From: Epiperipatus broadwayi
Taxonomy: Eukaryota > Animalia > Onychophora
DNA length: 64,000 nt
Reading direction: 5' to 3'
Assembly (NCBI GenBank): GCA_028023455.1
Contig: JAQFVV010000009.1
Span: 6,138,001 to 6,202,000, forward strand
The translations under genes and the position numbers were made by a program. The notes under the pieces are model-generated. The model was given only the letters and a program-made list of their open reading frames with translations, was not told the origin of the DNA and did not search any database. Below, piece by piece: positions 24,535 to 34,049 of this stretch (the first letter of the stretch is position 1; every line of letters begins with the position of its first letter).

Positions 24535-27214
24535 GATTATTTATCTTTTCAACATGTGTGTGATCAGGTGGATCAGCAATATGAGATGGCACTGAGAGTG
24601 GTGGGTCGTGTGAAAGTCTGAGTTCGAACCCCGAATATATTACATATATAAATGCAGGTTTAAGCCTGTACAATGTATTAAATAGAAATAAGTAATTTAG
24701 ATATTGGGGTACAATTTAAATAAATACATTGTTGCATTCGATAAAAAATAGGAAATTCAAATAAATTAGTTGTGTATATATATATAACTTATTCAGTTAC
24801 ATTTATTGTTCAGAAATGTGAAACATGAATTCTCTAGTAATGTGACATAAGGGCATTGATAAAATTTGATTTAAGGTTACTCTATAGTATTTCAAAAATA
24901 GAATGACTAGGTCATAAAATCAATCACTTTGTTTTTCATTTTCTAAATGAAATGGTATTGAATTTAATGATAAAGAGCAAATTGTTGTTGAACCTGTCAT
25001 CTGAGGAATGAATAGTAACAGATTCTTAAAAATGTATTTTATGATGAATTTGAAAATAGTTTTTGTTGGAAAGATATATCCTATTTACTTTATTATAAAT
25101 ATTTTAAAGATATACTTAAAAAAAGATAACAGGTAATTAGGTCAAGTGTTAATATCTTTTGTAAAGAAAATTTGCTGTAAAAATTAAAATGCAGCATCAT
25201 AAGATGTCAGATAAATATATTAAAAGACCATCTGTGGTATATATGAATTCTGCAGTCATTACAAAACTCATCTTTAACTTTTGATTGTCGTTTTTTTCTG
25301 GAGTTACAATGGACATATTTGGTAACTAGCGGATAATGGGATCCATATTGAAATTATAATTATTATTAAGTGTTTTTCTTAACTACTATTGAAACCTAGT
25401 TATAATTTAAACGTGTGACCTGATTTTTCTGCTACTCCCATTTGTGGTTAGAATATATTTATAAAATGTCTTTCTTCTAGAAATACATCATTCACAATAT
25501 TATATTAAATAATTTATATTTTCATTTTATTGTTTTAAAATTAAATAGTTAAGAAAATGTTTATTTTTGTACACAACTTTATTTTATTTTTATGCATAAG
25601 ACAGCTTATTCTTCTGAAAACAAAATATTTATTTAATCAAAAAGAATTTGAGAGCATTTATTTTTCACTAGCTGTGTACCTTTTTAGTGTTTGCCAGTTG
25701 TTTTATTTTCTGTTATAACTTGTCAAGCATGATGTTTGTCTTATTTTAATTTTCTTCATTGTTGTTAAAACTAATAAACTTCGAAATCAAAATAAAGTAA
25801 GTAAATGAAGAGATAAACAAAGCATAATAAAATTTACACTACAATCAAATGGAGAATGTGGGGGGAAAAATTCTAATCATTGGGACCTGGAAGTCTCAGC
25901 TGTAGAAGAGTAGAAATAAAATTTATCTTATTTGATAAGAAAAGTAAATAATTTTGAAATATAGCATTTGTTTTATTATTTAAAATATTCTGATCAACCG
26001 AAAATAATTAATTTAAAAAAATATTATATTTGTTGAAAATGTATATATAATGTTCTATAAAGATATTATTGGTCAGCATTTTTGTTATGCACCCCAATTT
26101 GAAAAATGCAATGTAGTTGTGGCAGATTCTGGTATTTAAAGTTCATGGACACATCATTTATGTGCCTCAATTTCTTATGAATTCCTGAGCAATAAACTAT
26201 TTGATATATATAACAATTGTTCCACACACATTCTTTTGATTCTTATGCTATTATGAGGTAAAAAGTACAACCATTTTTTTCGTTTTCCTTACAGAAATAT
26301 TTACAATTTTCATTTGTCTCTACTGATGGTATTTAAGGAAATGAAACATTATTTTTAAAAACTCTACATGACGAAATTCTTGTAAAAGGTTTTTTTTTTT
26401 TTCATATTTAACTTTGAAATTGTGCTGCAAATACTGTACTTTGTAAATACTTATATGTAATTATGTTTATCAAATATTAATGAAGCATATTAAGTGTATT
26501 TGTATAATCCTAGCTAAGAAATAATGATAATAATTATTTGACCATAATTAACAAAGTAATGTATTATTTTTTATATGTATGCTATAATTAAGTGCTATAT
26601 GGTTATAATCTAACTTAAATTGTTTACATGTAAGGTAATTCATCGAAGATGTAGGAAATAACTAATGATGGTTTTAAATCAGTGGCACTTAATCTTTTGG
26701 GCACCATGTACCATTCAGAGAATATCAAAATTTCTCCATACCACCATCCTTTATTTAAAAAAATTTGGCATCAAAATAAAAAAAATAGGCAAAAAAAATA
26801 TTTATTTTAGTTTTTTGATAACAAAACATAATTACTATAATAAAAGTTAAATATTTAATTTTAAATAAATTAAAACAAAATATCTATAACAACAATATAA
26901 AAATCATTGTGTTGGCCACTGCTTAATATGGCTCTAAATGATCTAAAATGCAATAAGCTAGATATTTTTGTCTATGACAAAGAGCTAATGAAGGCAGTAA
27001 TCAATATAATGATATAATTTTAATTTTTTTAATACCAGTTTTACATTATTTGAATAAATTATTAAATATAATTTTTTCAAAAATGTAAATCCTTTACATG
27101 CCACTAATAGCATGCATATCATAGGTTTAGAATCGCTATTTGGTTTGTGGCCTCTTCTAATTTTATACATGATACAGTTTATATTCTTCTCATCATTAAG
27201 AAAAAACAACTCAC

Positions 27215-27289
27215 CCTTAAATGAATTTTGTTTAATAAAAGAATTCAGCATATAATGTTTGTTAGTCCAAAAATGTGCAGCATCAAAAT
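27215..27289 (-). CDS. Candidate 75-nt internal exon of unidentified host gene (DFDAAHFWTNKHYMLNSFIKQNSFK)
   Basis: Canonical donor G|GTGAGT, AG acceptor, symmetric phase 1/1 open frame. The acceptor is weak and no homology was recognised. Confidence 0.3.
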
Positions 27290-29080
27290 CTTAATTAAGC
27301 AATTTTAAATATTAAGATCATAATAATTATAAATTGTCCAAATACTTTTGTAGAATGTGATTTTACATTTCACTATAGTTTAATTATTATTGTTTATACA
27401 TTTCAAATTTTAGTGTAATGAGACACATATTGAATTTAGCTTTGAAAAAGATGTACTTTTACAAACTCTTATGGAATATGACTATACTTATGTATATACT
27501 TAATACCACTTTGCTTTTGTGAATTATCTATATCTAATACAAATATTTCCAATCTCAAGTCATGACTCATTTAAGATCACAAGATAGCTGACAAAAAGTC
27601 ATATGATTTAAGAAGAAAATACATTAAATTAAAAATAGTATCTAAATTCTAACAGTATAAAAACTTAAATTCAAACAGTGTAAATACTGTATGTTTTAAT
27701 TCTGAATTTATTAGAAAAAATAAATTTTAAATAAAAATCTATAATTATTATATTTTTCAATGTAGTTGTTATTTAAATCTAATACCTCAGGCTAATATTG
27801 TTTTAATAGTAAATTTTTGGTTATATGTCATTTATTACTTTAAAATTATATATGTAAAAGATTAAGAGTTTTTATGTGATTATGCACGAACAAAGATTTA
27901 AATTCAGATGAAGTAAGATTATAACTTTTTGTTTTAATTTGCACTGATAGTCAATCCATCTGTTATTCCATTATTGGAGTAAAAGAATATTAAATGGAAA
28001 ATAAATATTTTAAAATAGGATTATTTATTCAGATAATTTTTGTTGTTGAGCTGACCATAACACAAAAACATGATTGTAATATGCTGCTTCTTCCTTGCTA
28101 AAGAGATGGGCATATATCTACAGGTGCTGAGCTCATGGTTTATCTTTTGAGGACCACTGATCAAAAAGAAATTAGTTTCCTCAAATTATCATTGCATTAT
28201 GTTATATAATACTTACATTTTGGATAAAAATAAAGATTTTTAAACATGTTGCAAATTTTTTATACACTTTCTCCAGTAGTACTCCTAATTTGAGCTATAA
28301 CATTTTTTTCTGTAATTCATTTAGTCTATTGTCTTGTGAGATTTTTTTTTCTACATCTCATTCTGTTATCTTTTTATTTTTATTGCAGAAACGGTTGGTT
28401 CATTTAAAATCTTTTCACTAAAATTAATCTCACTGCTGGAAACAATAGATTTATTGCTATTGAAGAATTTGTTTATTTAGAGTTTTATTTAAATAATTTA
28501 ATATTTCAAGCACAGAGTTCTTCTTTTCAAAATAGTTTATAAATATCCAAAATAGAAATAAAACCAACTAACTCCTTTTTAAAACTTGTTTTTTATATGA
28601 CTATTACATGAAAAAAAAATCCAATGTTTCGAATATTTTATATAGTCTTTTTCAAGGCACACTAAAATAAAATAATATATATAACAAATAACAGATTCCA
28701 TAAAAATAAATAAATAAACAAAAAATTACAAAATATATTCATAACCAAAAATATACCTTATCTCACTCCCCTTTCCTATTACCAACAAACACAACTCAAA
28801 GAGAAACAATTTCCTTTTATTAGAAAAAAAAATCTATATATATCCTTTAAAACATTTAATTAAAAACCTATTATTTTCTTTTCTGTTTATCTATTAACAT
28901 CCTATTTAATTCTGGTTTTATTTCATTAATGTATGCACTTTCTTTTATCATCCTTTCATTATATGACTTAATACATTCCAAACGCTTTATATCAAAATCC
29001 CCATGCTTAAATTTATTCATGTGAATGTTAACAGCAGAATTTTTATCACCTAAATGCTGTTTTAATCTAGTTTTAGAAAG

Positions 29081-29326
29081 AATGTAGAAATAACATATGT
29101 TGGGACTAGTAAGAATAAATTAAAAACTAGATTAAAACAGCATTTAGATGATAAAAATTATGCTGTTTACATTCACATGAATAAATTTAAGCATGGGGAT
29201 TTTGATATAAAGCCTTTGGAATGTATTAAGTCATATAATGAAAGGATAATAAAAGAAAGTGTATACATTAATGAAATAAAACCAGAATTAAATAGGATGT
29301 TAATAGATAAACAGAAAAGAAAATAA
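29081..29326 (+). pseudogene. GIY-YIG endonuclease C-terminal fragment (81 open codons)
   Basis: EITYVGTSKNKLKTRLKQH...AVYIH...H..F.I..LE......RIIKESVYINEIKPELNR...*. Confidence 0.9.
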
Positions 29327-29537
29327 TAGGTTTTTAATTAAATATTTTAAAGGATATATATAGATTTTTTTTTTCTAATAAAAGGAAATTGTTTCTCTAT
29401 GAGTTGTGTTGGTAATAGGAAAGGGGAGTGAGATAAGGTATATTTTTGGTTATGAATATATTTTGTAATTTTTTGTTTATTTATTTATTTATTTTTATGG
29501 AATATGTGTTATTTGTTATATATATATTATTTTAGTG

Positions 29538-29578
29538 TGCCTTGAAAAAGACTATATAAAATAGTCGAAACGTTGGAT
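29538..29578 (+). ncRNA. Minimal hammerhead, U3-A8 core variant
   Basis: CC-TTGAAAA-A-GACTAT(ATAAA)ATAGTC-GAAA-CG-TT-GG. Perfect 6-bp stem II and ACGT palindrome; stem I only ~2 bp. A mutated mirror copy lies at 28621-28660. Confidence 0.75.
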
Positions 29579-30187
29579 TTTTTTTTTTCCATGTAATAGT
29601 CATATAAAAAACAAGTTTTAAAAAGAAGGAGTTAGTTTGTTTTATTTCTATTTTAGAGTTTATTTACTATTTGTTATTAAAAATAATAATGATGATATGT
29701 TTCTTTTACAATATATTTATAAGAATTTACATTTCTTTAATATAGCATGTGTAAGAAAAAAAAAGATTAAAAAGATAGACCTATGCTTATATAAAAATAA
29801 AAATATCATTAATGTATATATACTTTATTTAATTTAAAGTCTCCATCATAATAAAAATGATTAATAATTATTCAGATATATATTGAAAGGTGATTGTTGA
29901 GAGTAGGTATATGTTGAGAAATGTGCATTAATAATATAAATTTACTTAATATATATAATGAGTTATTTATTTATCTAATATAATGTTTTATTTGTAACAA
30001 TCATCTTATCAAAGACTCTATCTTATGTTTAGAAAACAAGAATATTCCTAAAGCACCTATAAATTAATTCAGCACATGTGTTGAGAGATGATTCTCTAAT
30101 GATTGTTTTAAATTTACTTAATTTAAATTGATAATACAAAGTGGTTATGTGTTGCATTTAGAGAACTGTATAGAGCTTATTCTAGGT

Positions 30188-30635
30188 CAGTGATTCCCAA
30201 TATGGGGCAATTTGATTTTTAATAGGGACAATTTAAGAATGAGTTATTAACAATGAATTTTTTTTAGTTATTAACATCGAATTTGAAAGCTTGCTAATTG
30301 CTCTTATATTGTATTATCCTAAATTAAAACTAAGAATGTTTTTTTTTTTAATTTTCCTTTTTCCATACCATCTTTTTCTCTGTGTCTTTTCTGTTAGATA
30401 ACCTTTACTTCTCCATTGTTACTTGGAGCAAGTTAATTGGCTTGAAATTCCATTGTACTTCAACTGTCCTTACATTAATAGTCTTTTAGGCTTCTTCCAT
30501 GTGAATAGGAGTTCACTTTTTGAATAATAAGAATTATGAGTTCATTTTTTGAATAATAAGAATTATATATCATGGGGGCATCAGGATTTAAAATTCTTAG
30601 GTGGAGCATGGCCAAAAAAAGATTGGGAACCACTG
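30188..30635. mobile_element. hAT-type MITE (448 bp)
   Basis: TIRs CAGTGATTCCCAA / TTGGGAACCACTG (12/13). Flanks TTCTAGGT / CTCCAGAT resemble a decayed NTCTAGAN TSD. Confidence 0.8.
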
Positions 30636-30918
30636 CTCCAGATCAAGGATCTGCAAACTTTTAACATGAAGAGCCATTTTATTTAAATCCCCCCCCCTTA
30701 AAAAGCCACAAGCAAATCTGTATCTCCCCCCCCCCTCAAGTAAAGAACTGCAAGAAAAGAGCTATTTCCTCCTCCATTAAAGAGCCACAAAGAAAATGAT
30801 ACCTCCCCCTTCCCATTAAAGAACTGCCAGGAAAGTCAGCAACATATGTTCATGAAAAATATGAATTTCTGAATGATTGTGCATATATTTGAAATTTTAT
30901 TTTAATAATAGAACATAA

Positions 30919-30967
30919 ACAGAGCAAAACTCTCTATACAGTATTGCCACCATGTGATGCTTAATGG
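30919..30967. mobile_element. 49-nt family B micro-insertion with inversion
   Basis: ACAGAGCAAAACTCTCTATACAGTATTGCCAC (family B minus) + CATGTGATGCTTAATGG (family B plus), flanked by perfect 18-bp direct repeats TTTAATAATAGAACATAA (30901-30918, 30968-30985). Confidence 0.8.
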
Positions 30968-31127
30968 TTTAATAATAGAACATAATAGAATCTGTATATA
31001 TATCTGAACAAAAATAAAACTGTCTTAAAAATAAATGAATAAAAAAAAAAATTACTTTGATAGTTTGATTTATTCATGAATTTCTAATATTTAAATATTC
31101 ATGTACAATAATTACTATTCTATAATA

Positions 31128-31344
31128 AGATTTAATTTAAGCCAATAAACATCACATGATCACCATTTCTTATGGTTGCTTATAACTTATTAAAATGGGC
31201 AAAACTCACTATACGTATTGCCACACATAGCAAGCTAGAGTAATCAATGGATGCCAGAAGGCTTGTGCATAAAATCCCCATCTAGTGCATACTCATCCAA
31301 TCCTCAGACTAGTTTCTGGCTTGTGGCCTTCGTCAGTGAGAGCC
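31128..31344 (-). mobile_element. Family B fragment (B3)
   Basis: Closely matches 19675-19885 by eye; includes the HHR. Confidence 0.9.
31303..31340 (-). ncRNA. Intact-core minimal type-I hammerhead, family B
   Basis: CTCA-CTGACGA-A-GGC(CACAA)GCC-A-GAAA-CTAG-TC-TGAG. 4-bp stem I, ACTAGT palindrome, GUC triplet. Confidence 0.88.
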
Positions 31345-34004
31345 GACAGCTGTTGTAATGCACATTTTTTCTCTCCTAGAGTCATCAAAATATTTATTTA
31401 CAAATAGCAAGAAGAAATAAAAAATGTGTTTATGCTTATCATGATAAAAAGAGGCATGAGATTGGAATCAAAGAGCCATATTTAGCTTGTGAGCCATAAT
31501 TTACCAACCTATGTAATCTAGATGACGAAATAATTGGCTAAATTACATTCTAAAAAGTCATTAGCATAGTTTTTTCAGTTTTTGCAGACATATGATCGAA
31601 ATGTGCAAAAATGCGTCATTAATTATAAAAGTAAAAAATTAAAAAAAAAAAGAAGTTTGTCAATATTTATATATTTGTAGAGTTTTTTTTTTTTTTATCG
31701 ATGCTTCTCTTTTAAAATTCCACCAAATAATATACTATGCATGCAATTCATTACCTAAGATAGTTGAGATACACTAAAAAAAACTAGAAAATAATATATT
31801 TGTACTTTATTAAAGTCTATATCATAAATTATACAAAATGTAATAATTTCAAGATAATAAAAAAATAATTAAATATTTCTAGTTTTAATTGAAAAAGATA
31901 TTGTTATATTATGAATTTGTGCATGCTGAGAATTATACAATGAAAAAATTAATTTATATAATACATATATATGCACAAGCAAAGAATCTCATGGCACATT
32001 ACATGTTACAATCACCTACCATGACATAAAATATGAATTTCAGATCTGAGCCACATAAAATTTGATTTTTTTTTCACTTCCAAATAGGCTTAGAATTTTT
32101 TACCCTAAATATAGACAGTTTGATGCATTCAAAATTGAATAGTATACCGATATTAAACTATTATAAACTATAAGATAAAACAAGAATAAAAATTGCTAAA
32201 ATATCCTTAACAAATTCTAATTTTTATAATTTGTAAAGAGCATCAAAAGAAATGAATGTTTAATCTTGACCTTTGTTACATATATATATATTGTAACAAT
32301 TCAATTAATGTACCTAGGTTAATTTGACTAAGAATTGGACTTAATAATAATATAAATTTACTGCTTATGTACTCATTATTGATTCATGACGAAACATGAG
32401 ACCCAAAAATTAAATAAACACTGATTTTTCACAAATGAATTTCTTTATATGATTATAAAACATATTTATCAATTTATAATCAAAATATTTTTGAAAATAA
32501 TCAATAATTATATAACATACTCTTCTGTATATGTAATCATTAAGTGATGTGGAAATAGGACTAAATAACAATTTGCTAAAAATTCTGTATGTAAATCTGT
32601 TAATAATGGACTAAAAGACCACTCTTATTAAAAAAAAAAATGTTGTTAAAAATCTCACAGAAAAAGAATATCTGTGGTAAAAAAAATACAGCTCCTGAAA
32701 AAGTTTTAATAATTATTTATTTAACAATAAACTTGTTCTGACCTAATTAAATATATGTTAAACAAAAAACAAGCAAAAAGAATAAGGTTGCATTTTTCAG
32801 ACTTGAGTAATTTTATAGTTTTTGTTAAAATATATAAATATCACCTATAGGTTTTTTTAAATTTCGATAAATTATATGTTGATCAGGGCTAAAAGTTGGG
32901 GGAAATTTAAAGATATTTCAATCTTTCAGCACTTTTTTTTTTTATCTTTGGAAAATTAATAATAGTCTCTGAATTTTTTTTTTTTTTTTAAATAAATAAT
33001 CTGCTTTCAAATATCCATCTGTCCTAAGAAGTTTTGCAAAAAATTGTTAGTGACTATTTTATGTTATACATTAAATCGGGAAATTTTAAACCTTACAGAT
33101 GTGTTTGGTGTCATTCTTTTCTAATTTTATTCAACTTAATATAATACTGCTGGAATTTCAAAAATACCCTATATATATTGAATGGAAAGAAATGTTAAAA
33201 ATATTTTTCCATAACTTCTGGTGAAGCTTTCTGGAAGAGGGGGCAGTTGAGCACCGAAAATGACAGGAGGACCATGCTCCCTAGTATATATATAAATAAA
33301 TAGATAAATTACAATTTATGATCCTTATATTTTGAAAATATAACTTTATACAATTATAATTCCCCTGCTGTAATAATTCTATTTTAAACCATCAAAACTA
33401 GTACTTAAATTCAAGTTTATAATGTCAAAATCAAAAAGTATGATATAAGTAATTTAATTCAGAAAGTCTAATATTAAAACATGATTAATAAAGAAAATTC
33501 ATATACAAATAAAAGTTTTTTTTTTCATTTACATATAGTAGCATTTGACATAAGATCAAAAATTACTTTACAATAACTTTTATATAACCTATCATTTTTA
33601 TATTATATACATAACCTTATATCTTGTTATATTCATGCATGGTATGGATTATATATTTTATAACACATATATAATTTATAATATATTTTCAGCAAATTGC
33701 GCATTAAAATTGTTGATATTCTATTTGACTGCATGGTTATGGAAAACATCACATCTTCATAATTGTACATTTAAGTGCACAAAATATCAAAAAATAGGTC
33801 AGGATTTGTGATAAATTTTTTAATCTAAGGAAATCATAGTTATTTGTTTGAAGGTTTGTGATGACACTATATTAGATGTGATAATATGTTGGACTATTTC
33901 CATCGTTTATCAGCAAATTTGGAATGTATAGAAAATGGTAAACTTTTCAAATACAAACAACTTGTTAGTAATAACACACAACTAGACATTACAGGTAATA
34001 ATTA

Positions 34005-34049
34005 CCACAATGTTTCGAGTAGTATTATTCTCCACTTATCTTCAGATGT
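34005..34049 (-). ncRNA. Degenerate hammerhead in family C 3' pLTR
   Basis: ACAT-CTGAAGA-T-AAGTGG(9 nt)CTACTC-GAAA-CA-TT-GTGG. Consensus across copies: ACAC-CTGAAGA-A-GAGTGG..CTACTC-GAAA-CR-TY-GTGT. Confidence 0.7.

Larger units (their letters stand above)
23751..24677. mobile_element. Family A (A2) hammerhead-bearing fold-back + tandem insertion
   Basis: Inverted arm 23751-24000; forward 24001-24677 with period 478. TSD TTAAATAGAAA(A)TA (23737-23750, 24678-24690). Lies inside the LINE RT. Confidence 0.92.
20700..25000 (-). pseudogene. Non-LTR (LINE) retrotransposon RT + C-terminal domain remnant, interrupted by two HHR insertions
   Basis: TTPVEKSFQNKLKTGIFF (ORF 23323..23520), LFNVLVSDLPAGDSRKLIYANN (ORF 23165..23380, YADD region) and TTSLAL..S..YCAHVW. 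The frame continues across the B2 TSD (TQNNITMIIINGTL..QWLPLLS). FDLPKHNWSIINRFR and CG...HIV lie at the 3' end. Confidence 0.85.
28530..29672. mobile_element. PLE 3' fragment (GIY-YIG C-half + 3' pLTR) as ~540-bp-arm inverted repeat
   Basis: Left arm ~28530-29075 and right arm ~29122-29672 are highly similar by eye, with a 46-nt spacer. Both arms carry the HHR. Confidence 0.92.
30644..31513. mobile_element. Second, decayed hAT-type MITE carrying family B inserts
   Basis: Starts CAAGGATCTGCAAACTT...AAGAGCCA and ends GAGCCATA...GAGCCATAATTTACCAACCTATG, the degenerate CAGGGGTCGGCAAAC / GAGCC..GTTGCCGACCCCTG pattern of hAT MITEs. Confidence 0.6.

Noticed and set aside
24293-24673. Longest listed ORF (126 aa) and related ORFs at 24001, 24063, 5894, 6834
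   Set aside because: They lie within, or run into, the non-coding family A unit, mostly antisense to the ribozyme; the frames are not conserved between copies and show no protein motifs.
32360-32410. TCAT..ATGAC-GAAA-CATG partial hammerhead
   Set aside because: No recognisable CUGANGA and the cleavage triplet is wrong; at best a very old relic.
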